Source: Nemertoderma westbladi
Taxonomy: Eukaryota; Animalia; Xenacoelomorpha
Assembly (NCBI GenBank): GCA_032718475.1
Contig: JAUCBJ010009009.1
Span: 12,113 to 76,112, forward strand
Length of the DNA stretch: 64,000 bases
Reading direction: 5' to 3'
Shown here: positions 27,101 through 39,306 of the stretch, piece by piece
How positions within the stretch are numbered: the stretch's first letter is position 1
How the letters are laid out: each line of letters begins with the position of its first letter
The notes under the pieces: generated by a model
Databases searched by the model: none
What the model was told of the DNA's origin: nothing
What the model saw: only the letters and a program-made list of their open reading frames with translations
Made by a program: the position numbers and the translations under genes

Positions 27101-30100
27101 TGTAATTGTTTCTGCTCCAATCATTGTGTCTCTGTCTACACTGGTAGGCCTACCTGTAATTGTTTCTGCTCCAATCATTGTGACTCTGTTTACACTGGTA
27201 TGCCTACCTGTAATTGTTTCTGCTCCAATCATTGTGTCTCTGTCTACACTGGTAGGCCTACCTGTAATTGTTTCTGCTCCAATCATTGTGACTCTGTCAA
27301 CACTGGTAGGCCTACCTGTAATTGTTTCTGCTCCAATCGTTGTGACTCTGTCTACACTGGTAGGCCTACCTGTAATTATTTCTGCTCCAATCATTGTGAC
27401 TCTGTCTACACTGGTAGGCCTACCTGTAATGGTTTCTGCTCCAATCATTGTGACTCTGTCTACACTGGTAGGCCTACCTGTAATTGTTTCTGCTCCAATC
27501 ATTGTGTCTCTGTCTTCACTGGTAGGCCTACCTGTAATTGTTTCTGCTCCAATCATTGTGACTCTGTCTACACTGGTAGGCCTACCTGTAATTGTTTCTG
27601 CTCCAATCATTGTGTCTCTGTCTACACTCGTAGGCCTACCTGTAATTGTTTCTGCTCCAATCATTGTGTCTCTGTCTACACTGGTAGGCCTACCTGTAAT
27701 TGTTTCTGCTCCAATCATTGTGACTCTGTCTACACTGGTAGGCCTACCTGTAATTGTTTCTGCTCCAATCATTGTTTCTCTGTCAACACTGAGGCCTACC
27801 TGTAATTATTTCTGCTCCAATCATTGTGACTCTGTCTACACTGGTAGGCCAACCTGTAATTGTTTCTGCTCCAATCATTGTGACTCTGTCTACACTGGTA
27901 GGCCTACCTGTAATTGTTTCTGCTCCAATCGTTGTGACTCTGTCTACACTGGTAGGCCAACCTGTAATTGTTTCTGCTCCAATCATTGTGTCTCTGTCTA
28001 CACTCGTAGGCCTACATGTAATTGTTTCTGCTCCAATCATTGTGTCTCTGTCTACACTGGTAGGCCTACCTGTAATTGTTTCTGCTCCAATCATTGTGAC
28101 TCTGTTTACACTGGTAGGCCTACCTGTAATTGTTTCTGCTCCAATCATTGTATCTCTGTCTACACTGGTAGGCCTACCTGTAATTGTTTCTGCTCCAATC
28201 ATTGTGACTCTGTCTACACTGGTAGGCCTACCTGTAATTGTTTCTGCTCCAATCATTGTGACTCTGTCAACACTGGTAGGCCTACCTGTAATTGTTTCTG
28301 CTCCAATCATTGTGACTCTGTCTACACTGGTAGGCCAACCTGTAATTGTTTCTGCTCCAATCATTGTGACTCTGTCTACACTGGTAGGCCTACCAGTAAT
28401 TGTTTCTGCTCCAATCGTTGTGACTCTGTCTACACTGGTAGGCCAACCTGTAATTGTTTCTGCTCCAATCATTGTGTCTCTGTCTACACTCGTAGGCCTA
28501 CATGTAATTGTTTCTGCTCCATTCATTGTGTCTCTGTCTACACTGGTAGGCCTACCTGTAATTGTTTCTGCTCCAATCATTGTGACTCTGTTTACACTGG
28601 TAGGCCTACCTGTAATTGTTTCTGCTCCAATCATTGTGTCTCTGTCTACACTGGTAGGCCTACCTGTAATTGTTTCTGCTCCAATCATTGTGACTCTGTC
28701 TACACTGGTAGGCCTACCTGTAATTGTTTCTGCTCCAATCATTGTGACTCTGTCAACACTGGTAGGCCTACCTGTAATTGTTTCTGCTCCAATCATTGTG
28801 TCTCTGTCTACACTCGTAGGCCTACCTGTAATTGTTTCTGCTCCAATCATTGTGTCTCTGTCTACACTGGTAGGCCTACCTGTAATTGTTTCTGCTCCAA
28901 TCATTGTGACTCTGTTTACACTGGTAGGCCTACCTGTAATTGTTTCTGCTCCAATCATTGTGTCTCTGTCTACACTGGTAGGCCTACCTGTAATTGTTTC
29001 TGCTCCAATCATTGTGACTCTGTCAACACTGGTAGGCCTACCTGTAATTGTTTCTGCTCCAATCGTTGTGACTCTGTCTACACTGGTAGGCCTACCTGTA
29101 ATTATTTCTGCTCCAATCATTGTGACTCTGTCAACACTGGTAGGCCTACCTGTAATTGTTTCTGCTCCAATCATTGTGTCTCTGTCTACACTCGTAGGCC
29201 TACCTGTAATTGTTTCTGCTCCAATCATTGTGTCTCTGTCTACACTGGTAGGCCTACCTGTAATTGTTTCTGCTCCAATCATTGTGTCTCTGTCTACACT
29301 GGTAGGCCTACCTGTAATTGTTTCTGCTCCAATCATTGACTCTGTCAACACTGGTAGGCCTACCTGTAATTGTTTCTGCTCCAATCGTTGTGACTCTGTC
29401 TACACTGGTAGGCCTACCTGTAATTATTTCTGCTCCAATCATTGTGACTCTGTCTACACTGGTAGGCCTACCTGTAATTGTTTCTGCTCCAATCATTGTG
29501 ACTCTGTCTACACTAGTAGGCCAACCTGTAATTATTTCTGCTCCAATCATTGTGACTCTGTCTACACTCGTAGGCCAACCTGTAATTATTTCTGCTCCAA
29601 TCATTGTGACTCTGTCTACACTGGTAGGCCTACCTGTAATTGTTTCTGCTCCAATCATTGTGTCTCTGTCTACACTGGTAGGCCTACCTGTAATTGTTTC
29701 TGCTCCAATCATTGTGACTCTGTTTACACTGGTATGCCTACCTGTAATTGTTTCTGCTCCAATCATTGTGTCTCTGTCTTCACTGGTAGGCCTACCTGTA
29801 ATTGTTTCTGCTCCAATCATTGTGACTCTGTCAACACTGGTAGGCCTACCTGTAATTGTTTCTGCTCCAATCGTTGTGACTCTGTCTACACTGGTAGGCC
29901 TACCTGTAATTATTTCTGCTCCAATCATTGTGACTCTGTCTACACTGGTAGGCCTACCTGTAATGGTTTCTGCTCCAATCATTGTGACTCTGTCTACACT
30001 GGTAGGCCTACCTGTAATTGTTTCTGCTCCAATCATTGTGTCTCTGTCTTCACTGGTAGGCCTACCTGTAATTGTTTCTGCTCCAATCATTGTGACTCTG

Positions 30101-33100
30101 TCTACACTGGTAGGCCTACCTGTAATTGTTTCTGCTCCAATCATTGTGTCTCTGTCTACACTCGTAGGCCTACCTGTAATTGTTTCTGCTCCAATCATTG
30201 TGTCTCTGTCTACACTGGTAGGCCTACCTGTAATTGTTTCTGCTCCAATCATTGTGACTCTGTCTACACTGGTAGGCCTACCTGTAATTGTTTCTGCTCC
30301 AATCATTGTTTCTCTGTCAACACTGAGGCCTACCTGTAATTATTTCTGCTCCAATCATTGTGACTCTGTCTACACTGGTAGGCCAACCTGTAATTGTTTC
30401 TGCTCCAATCATTGTGACTCTGTCTACACTGGTAGGCCTACCTGTAATTGTTTCTGCTCCAATCGTTGTGACTCTGTCTACACTGGTAGGCCAACCTGTA
30501 ATTGTTTCTGCTCCAATCATTGTGTCTCTGTCTACACTCGTAGGCCTACATGTAATTGTTTCTGCTCCAATCATTGTGTCTCTGTCTACACTGGTAGGCC
30601 TACCTGTAATTGTTTCTGCTCCAATCATTGTGACTCTGTTTACACTGGTAGGCCTACCTGTAATTGTTTCTGCTCCAATCATTGTGTCTCTGTCTACACT
30701 GGTAGGCCTACCTGTAATTGTTTCTGCTCCAATCATTGTGACTCTGTCTACACTGGTAGGCCTACCTGTAATTGTTTCTGCTCCAATCATTGTGACTCTG
30801 TCAACACTGGTAGGCCTACCTGTAATTGTTTCTGCTCCAATCATTGTGACTCTGTCTACACTGGTAGGCCAACCTGTAATTGTTTCTGCTCCAATCATTG
30901 TGACTCTGTCTACACTGGTAGGCCTACCAGTAATTGTTTCTGCTCCAATCGTTGTGACTCTGTCTACACTGGTAGGCCAACCTGTAATTGTTTCTGCTCC
31001 AATCATTGTGTCTCTGTCTACACTCGTAGGCCTACATGTAATTGTTTCTGCTCCATTCATTGTGTCTCTGTCTACACTGGTAGGCCTACCTGTAATTGTT
31101 TCTGCTCCAATCATTGTGACTCTGTTTACACTGGTAGGCCTACCTGTAATTGTTTCTGCTCCAATCATTGTGTCTCTGTCTACACTGGTAGGCCTACCTG
31201 TAATTGTTTCTGCTCCAATCATTGTGACTCTGTCTACACTGGTAGGCCTACCTGTAATTGTTTCTGCTCCAATCATTGTGACTCTGTCTACACTGGTAGG
31301 CCTACCTGTAATTGTTTCTGCTCCAATCATTGTGTCTCTGTCTACACTGGTAGGCCTACCTGTAATTGTTTCTGCTCCAATCATTGTGACTCTGTCAACA
31401 CTGGTAGGCCTACCTGTAATTGTTTCTGCTCCAATCGTTGTGACTCTGTCTACACTGGTAGGCCTACCTGTAATTATTTCTGCTCCAATCATTGTGACTC
31501 TGTCAACACTGGTAGGCCTACCTGTAATTGTTTCTGCTCCAATCATTGTGTCTCTGTCTACACTCGTAGGCCTACCTGTAATTGTTTCTGCTCCAATCAT
31601 TGTGTCTCTGTCTACACTGGTAGGCCTACCTGTAATTGTTTCTGCTCCAATCATTGTGTCTCTGTCTACACTGGTAGGCCTACCTGTAATTGTTTCTGCT
31701 CCAATCATTGTGACTCTGTCTACACTGGTAGGCCTACCTGTAATTGTTTCTGCTCCAATCATTGTTTCTCTGTCAACACTGAGGCCTACCTGTAATTATT
31801 TCTGCTCCAATCATTGTGACTCTGTCTACACTGGTAGGCCAACCTGTAATTGTTTCTGCTCCAATCATTGTGACTCTGTCTACACTGGTAGGCCTACCTG
31901 TAATTGTTTCTGCTCCAATCGTTGTGACTCTGTCTACACTGGTAGGCCAACCTGTAATTGTTTCTGCTCCAATCATTGTGTCTCTGTCTACACTCGTAGG
32001 CCTACATGTAATTGTTTCTGCTCCAATCATTGTGTCTCTGTCTACACTGGTAGGCCTACCTGTAATTGTTTCTGCTCCAATCATTGTGACTCTGTTTACA
32101 CTGGTAGGCCTACCTGTAATTGTTTCTGCTCCAATCATTGTGTCTCTGTCTACACTGGTAGGCCTACCTGTAATTGTTTCTGCTCCAATCATTGTGACTC
32201 TGTCTACACTGGTAGGCCTACCTGTAATTGTTTCTGCTCCAATCATTGTGACTCTGTCAACACTGGTAGGCCTACCTGTAATTGTTTCTGCTCCAATCAT
32301 TGTGACTCTGTCTACACTGGTAGGCCAACCTGTAATTGTTTCTGCTCCAATCATTGTGACTCTGTCTACACTGGTAGGCCTACCTGTAATTGTTTCTGCT
32401 CCAATCGTTGTGACTCTGTCTACACTGGTAGGCCAACCTGTAATTGTTTCTGCTCCAATCATTGTGTCTCTGTCTACACTCGTAGGCCTACATGTAATTG
32501 TTTCTGCTCCAATCATTGTGTCTCTGTCTACACTGGTAGGCCTACCTGTAATTGTTTCTGCTCCAATCATTGTGACTCTATTTACACTGGTAGGCCTACC
32601 TGTAATTGTTTCTGCTCCAATCATTGTGTCTCTGTCTACACTGGTAGGCCTACCTGTAATTGTTTCTGCTCCAATCATTGTGACTCTGTCTACACTGGTA
32701 GGCCTACCTGTAATTGTTTCTGCTCCAATCATTGTGACTCTGTCAACACTGGTAGGCCTACCTGTAATTGTTTCTGCTCCAATCATTGTGTCTCTGTCTA
32801 CACTCGTAGGCCTACCTGTAATTGTTTCTGCTCCAATCATTGTGTCTCTGTCTACACTGGTAGGCCTACCTGTAATTGTTTCTGCTCCAATCATTGTGAC
32901 TCTGTTTACACTGGTAGGCCTACCTGTAATTGTTTCTGCTCCAATCATTGTGTCTCTGTCTACACTGGTAGGCCTACCTGTAATTGTTTCTGCTCCAATC
33001 ATTGTGACTCTGTCAACACTGGTAGGCCTACCTGTAATTGTTTCTGCTCCAATCGTTGTGACTCTGTCTACACTGGTAGGCCTACCTGTAATTATTTCTG

Positions 33101-35745
33101 CTCCAATCATTGTGACTCTGTCTACACTGGTAGGCCTACCTGTAATTGTTTCTACTCCAATCATTGTGACTCTGTCAACACTGGTAGGCCTACCTGTAAT
33201 TGTTTCTGCTCCAATCGTTGTGACTCTGTCAACACTGGTAGGCCTACCTGTAATTGTTTCTGCTCCAATCATTGTGTCTCTGTCTACACTCGTAGGCCTA
33301 CCTGTAATTGTTTCTGCTCCAATCATTGTGTCTCTGTCTACACTGGTAGGCCTACCTGTAATTGTTTCTGCTCCAATCATTGTGACTCTGTTTACACTGG
33401 TAGGCCTACCTGTAATTGTTTCTGCTCCAATCATTGTGTCTCTGTCTACACTGGTAGGCCTACCTGTAATTGTTTCTGCTCCAATCATTGACTCTGTCAA
33501 CACTGGTAGGCCTACCTGTAATTGTTTCTGCTCCAATCGTTGTGACTCTGTCTACACTGGTAGGCCTACCTGTAATTATTTCTGCTCCAATCATTGTGAC
33601 TCTGTCTACACTGGTAGGCCTACCTGTAATTGTTTCTGCTCCAATCATTGTGACTCTGTCTACACTAGTAGGCCAACCTGTAATTATTTCTGCTCCAATC
33701 ATTGTGACTCTGTCTACACTCGTAGGCCAACCTGTAATTATTTCTGCTCCAATCATTGTGACTCTGTCTACACTGGTAGGCCTACCTGTAATTGTTTCTG
33801 CTCCAATCATTGTGTCTCTGTCTACACTGGTAGGCCTACCTGTAATTGTTTCTGCTCCAATCATTGTGACTCTGTTTACACTGGTATGCCTACCTGTAAT
33901 TGTTTCTGCTCCAATCATTGTGTCTCTGTCTACACTGGTAGGCCTACCTGTAATTGTTTCTGCTCCAATCATTGTGACTCTGTCAACACTGGTAGGCCTA
34001 CCTGTAATTGTTTCTGCTCCAATCGTTGTGACTCTGTCTACACTGGTAGGCCTACCTGTAATTATTTCTGCTCCAATCATTGTGACTCTGTCTACACTGG
34101 TAGGCCTACCTGTAATGGTTTCTGCTCCAATCATTGTGACTCTGTCTACACTGGTAGGCCTACCTGTAATTGTTTCTGCTCCAATCATTGTGTCTCTGTC
34201 TTCACTGGTAGGCCTACCTGTAATTGTTTCTGCTCCAATCATTGTGACTCTGTCTACACTGGTAGGCCTACCTGTAATTGTTTCTGCTCCAATCATTGTG
34301 TCTCTGTCTACACTCGTAGGCCAACCTGTAATTATTTCTGCTCCAATCATTGTGACTCTGTCTACACTGGTAGGCCTACCTGTAATTGTTTCTGCTCCAA
34401 TCATTGTGACTCTGTCTACACTGGTAGGCCTACCTGTAATTGTTTCTGCTCCAATCATTGTGACTCTGTCTACACTGGTAGGCCTACCTGTAATTGTTTC
34501 TGCTCCAATCATTGTGTCTCTGTCAACACTGAGGCCTACCTGTAATTATTTCTGCTCCAATCATTGTGACTCTGTCTACACTGGTAGGCCTACCTGTAAT
34601 TGTTTCTGCTCCAATCATTGTGTCTCTGTCTACACTGGTAGGCCTACCTGTAATTATTTCTGCTCCAATCATTGTGAATCTGTCTACACTCGTAGGCCAA
34701 CCTGTAATTGTTTCTGCTCCAATCATTGTGACTCTGTCTACACTGGTAGGCCTACCTGTAATTGTTTCTGCTCCAATCATTGTGACTCTGTCTACACTGG
34801 TAGGCCTACCTGTAATTGTTTCTGCTCCAATCATTGTGACTCTGTCTACACTGGTAGGCCTACCTGTAATTGTTTCTGCTCCAATCGTTGTGACTCTGTC
34901 TACACTGGTAGGCCTACCTGTAATTGTTTCTGCTCCAATCGTTGTGACTCTGTCTACACTGGTAGGCCTACCTCTAATTGTTTCTTCTCCAATGATTGTG
35001 TCTCTGTCTACACTGGTAGGCCTACCTGTAATTGATTATTCTCCAATCATTGTGACTCTGTCTACACTGGTAGGCCTACCTGTAATTGTTTCTGCTCCAA
35101 TCATTGTGACTCTGTCTACACTGGTAGGCCTACCTGTAATTGTTTCTGCTCCAATCATTGTGTCTCTGTCTACACTGGTAGGCCTACCTGTAATTGATTA
35201 TTGCTCCAATCATTGTGACTCTGTCTACACTGGTAGGCCTACCTGTAATTGTTTCTGCTCCAATCATTGTGTCTCTGTCTACACTGGTAGGCCTACCTGT
35301 AATTGTTTCTGCTCCAATCATTGTGTCTCTGTCTACACTCGTAGGCCTACCTGTAATTGTTTCTGCTCCAATCATTGTGACTCTGTCTACACTGGTAGGC
35401 CTACCTGTAATTGTTTCTGCTCCAATCATTGTGACTCTGTCTACACTGGTAGGCCTACCTGTAATTGTTTCTGCTCCAATCATTGTGACTCTGTCTACAC
35501 TGGTAGGCCTACCTGTAATTGATTATCTGCTCCAATCATTGTGACTCTGTCTACACTGGTAGGCCTACCTGTAATTGTTTCTGCTCCAATCGTTGTGACT
35601 CTGTCTACACTGGTAGGCCTACCTGTAATTGTTTCTGCTCCAATCATTGTGTCTCTGTCTACACTGGTAGGCCTACCTGTAATTGTTTCTGCTCCAATCA
35701 TTGTGACTCTGTCTACACTGGTAGGCCTACCTGTAATTGTTCCTG
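12130..35745. repeat. 54-bp tandem array, about 437 units, filling the intron of syntaxin-like paralog B
   Basis: Unit GTCTACACTGGTAGGCCTACCTGTAATTGTTTCTGCTCCAATCATTGTG(A/T)CTCT; copy number estimated as length/54. Confidence 0.98.
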
Positions 35746-35971
35746 CTTCAACTGTTCCATCATATTATCTTTATTTTGACTGTCCTCGGGATCTGAGGTT
35801 GAATAGGATAAACCTGAGATTAGGTTGACATCTGTGGTTGTGGATGTCTGTGGTTTCTGTGGTGTAGATTGGTCCGTGTGTGGTTGCTTGGGTCTGGGTG
35901 TGTATCGTTGGTTGAATGAGAATCTGTATTTAGGTGAGTATGTTTCTTTGCATGTGGTGGGTGCAGCACTA
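35731..35971 (-). CDS. Syntaxin-like paralog B, internal exon (S/T/P-rich linker)
   Basis: tactacAG|T then 80 open codons SAAPTTCKET...DPEDSQNKDNMMEQLKQEQLQ, then phase-0 donor CAG|GTAGGC, matching the phase-0 acceptor at 11974. Homologous to 58319-58544. The exact acceptor is less certain than the donor. Confidence 0.7.
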
Positions 35972-37270
35972 CTGTAGTATGCAAGAATATTTTTGTTTTG
36001 GGTTGTTTTTAAACCACGTGGGTCGTTACTTTATCTATTTTATATATTTTCTAGATCTTTGAGACGAGGGGGGAAACTGAACGCCTTGGCGAATTAATAT
36101 CCCGCCTCAATGTTAAATTCTCAATTTAGGGAAAGGAGCAGGTTACAGAGGCACGTTATTTGAACGAAAACTATAAACTAAACACAATAGAAGTTGTTAC
36201 AGTTTTATTTTTGAGAATTATCAGCTGTTATTTGCGTCCAATTTCCCCTGGAGAGGGATGAGTTTTTATTTCGTCCAGTTCCCCCCCCCCCCCCCCCCCC
36301 CCCCTCAAAAAAAAAACGTTTTTCTATAGTTATTACTCCTATGAGCAGGTCACTTTAATTTGTAGAATTTTCAAGAATCTACAAATTAGCTAGAAATTAC
36401 GATTTGGAGTACTAGAAAATAAGGGTAACAAAATATGTTTTTTTCATGACAACTGGCGCTTTCTCTAAACATTTACAGTAAAAATAACAAACTAGCTGAA
36501 CTATGGACATTTTATAATATCGGCCCTGTTTAGCCCTCAATCAGTCAATTATAATAATTGTTTTGTAAAACCCCCTATTCTTAACTGAGGATAAAAAAAT
36601 CCGATTTTACGTGCATACAGCTGTTCTGTTCTAATAGCTCTGTTTATAGAGCTAAGAAACTTATACACAAAGACACCCAACTTGCCGATGTTCTATACTT
36701 GATTAGACGACATTACCCATTGTAATATTAAACTGCCTGCTATGTTAATAAGTCTACTTGTTGTAGCAACCATTTCTAAATATATTATAATGAACTATGA
36801 TACAGTGGTGAAGTCCTTTAATAAACTTTGTTACATTATATCAACTTATAAGCGTTTTGGTGAATTACTCGTAACGCTGCAAAGTAATCAATATCCTTGA
36901 AACAACTTCAATTACCGGTACCGAATTCCAGAATGTATTATTTCCATTTATGTTAATGAGTAGTGCTGGTTTATTATCTAGTTTGCAGTGACGGGACTAG
37001 CTACTGTATGTTAATAATTGTTTGCCGTGTACTGCATTCCATTATGTCGAAAGGTCTAATATATGTTGTCATTTTCGAGAAAATGAGCAAAGAAAATGGC
37101 GACTGTGTTCAGTAAAACTGAACGGACACAGACGGTGACTCAGTTTGCTTCAGGCGACCAAGGTGAAGATGGATCAAAGATTTATTACATCCATACAGGA
37201 GATAACATAACAATAAACTTTAGTTAGATATAAATGTATAATTAATAATGGGTATAGGGCCTATCAGTTA

Positions 37271-38214
37271 GGCCGCGTTTACACTACCGAGTCAAAGACA
37301 AAAGAAAATAAATATAGCTAGCTAACAATAATAAATAATAATACATTATATAGGCCTAATATAATACATAAGGGCATTCTAGAGAAAATTAAGGGAACAG
37401 TTCCGTATGCAGTCGCATTTTTATAACATAAATCATTGACAACCATGGCAACATTGTAGAGTTCTAGAACAATATAATTTGTAATTATTATACACTGTCT
37501 AGTAGGGTGAGGCTGCTACACTTAGACATGAATCAAAAGTGCTAAAAATTTGCCATAGTGCTTATATTAGGTTGGTACCACCAGAATAAAAAGGTAGGCC
37601 CATTCTGAAAAAGTCGGGGCACCAGCCTCAGTGCCTCACTCTACTGTCTAGAACATAAATAAAATAAAAAATATAATGTTCTATAACATTTTATTACATT
37701 TTATTATTCATTTATTTATTTTATATATTTATTAAAATTTAAAATGGCTAGTAATTTAAAATAAAACTACATTTTTATAACATAAATAATTGTTAGCATG
37801 CAAAAATGTAAACTGCTATAATATCATCAATATTTTTGTTCATTACGATATATGCATCAGTTTAAACCTGAAATATCAATGTTTTCACATTTTTTTATAA
37901 TTACAAAAAATACTAGCTAGTAAAAAACACTAGCTACTATAAAAAACATAAACTACTAATGTTCTATTACGCAAAAAAAATTGCAGTATTTTTAGAAATT
38001 TCAAAAAAAAAATGTATATATATAATAATTTATGTTTTGAAAAATTTTGCAATGAAGTCAGTGGTGATATTACTATGCAAAAAGTACATCATTTCATTAA
38101 TTAATATCAAAATATCAAATGCGACTGCATACGGAACTCTAACCAAAATAAAATTTCATGTGATTTGTTTTACATTTTGTCTTTTGACTTTGACTCGGTA
38201 GTGTGAACGTGGCC
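37271..38214. mobile_element. PIF/Harbinger-type non-autonomous DNA transposon (MITE)
   Basis: Terminal inverted repeats GGCCGCGTTTACACTACCGAGTCAAAG / CTTTGACTCGGTAGTGTGAACGTGGCC with TTA on both sides; internal inverted match GTTCCGTATGCAGTCGCATTT. Confidence 0.8.
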
Positions 38215-38329
38215 TTAATAAATTACTCTTATATTTGAAATAGTACATGATTAAAATGTTTAAAAGAGCATCCATAAAATCTTTATTTCACATACCGAAC
38301 GCTGATAAGTTGACATAACGTAACAAAAT

Positions 38330-38472
38330 TACATACATCATTGTTTGCAGAGGTCACTTTTCAGCGTTAAAGACCCTTGTTTATTTATGTAAACCTCCCT
38401 CGCTGCGCTCGCTCGGAACATGAATAAACTCGGGTTATAACGCTGCGAAGTGCCACTTTGCACACAATGATA
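38330..38472. repeat. Short imperfect palindromic element with a central CTCGCTGCGCTCGCTCGG
   Basis: Arms ATCATTGTTTGCAGAG... / ...CTTTGCACACAATGAT are imperfect inverted repeats. Confidence 0.5.
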
Positions 38473-38898
38473 TTTTTAAGTAGTTTTAGTGTTGCTACTA
38501 TAAAACAATAGCTATTAGCTACAATGTAATTGACTCCCCACCCCAGACTACCAGCTACCAAAACAATATATTTTTTATATATTATATTGTTTTAAATGCT
38601 TATAACAAAACTCGGTCTTTGGATCTGTCAAAGTCTTCGTATTATATTAAGAAAGCTCGGAACGTTTCCCAAAAAATCCTCATTTTGACAGACATCTAGC
38701 TAGTAAATAATTACTAGCTTCTAAAAAGTACTAGCAAGCACAAAATCAAAATTACTAGCTATCATATCTGACTGTAAAAAGGACAAATTTTTTGTTCTAG
38801 TACAAAAAAAACTTATGAAAACAGCCATTATCATTGACAAAAGATTGTAAAAACTGGTATGCATACTAAAGCAGTGGCGGTTTTAGCTGTAGGCCTAC

Positions 38899-39049
38899 TA
38901 ATGGATTTCTTTGTTTTGGGTTTAACTGTTGTTTTCATTTCTTGAGCGGATGTTGATAACCTCTTTGCTATGGATGGAATATTTTGTGAGAAGAAGGTTG
39001 AAAGCCTGGATTTGGTGGGTGGACTTTTTAATTCCCCCCTTGTCTCCAT
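38899..39049 (-). CDS. Probable first coding exon of syntaxin-like paralog B (METRGELKSPP...KPKTKKSI)
   Basis: ATG downstream of a TATA-like box; frame is preserved across a net 45-nt indel relative to the paralog A copy. Donor uncertain (A|GTAGGC at 38898 or TTA|GTATGC at 38866). Neither matches the phase of the predicted next acceptor, so the join is unresolved. Confidence 0.45.
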
Positions 39050-39102
39050 TGCGAATATAATACACACGCTCCAATAATTAAAGCCAGTTTGTATTTACAT
39101 GG

Positions 39103-39115
39103 CCTTATATAAATA
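39103..39115 (-). promoter_or_regulatory. TATA-like box of paralog B (identical copy at about 61765-61777 for paralog A)
   Basis: TATTTATATAAGG about 55-60 nt upstream of the candidate ATG in both paralogs. Confidence 0.4.
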
Positions 39116-39306
39116 GCTGACATGTGATTTCTACGTATACCGGTACTCTACTATTACGTCTGCTACTTAATATATCGATCATTGAATATTATTTTCTCTA
39201 CTTATTAAAGTTCTAGAAAAATTTACAGTTTATTTACATTAAAATTTAATTTTTTTTTGTTCTAGAACCTGAATTATATTTCATCAATGCCGTTTCTAAT
39301 GGAAGT

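Noticed and set aside
12116-35828. Giant Cys-rich, hydrophobic and MIGAETITGRPT repeat ORFs as proteins
   Set aside because: They are open in several frames on both strands, switch frame at 2-bp indels and have no unique domain. This is expected from a 54-bp unit that lacks stops in those frames.
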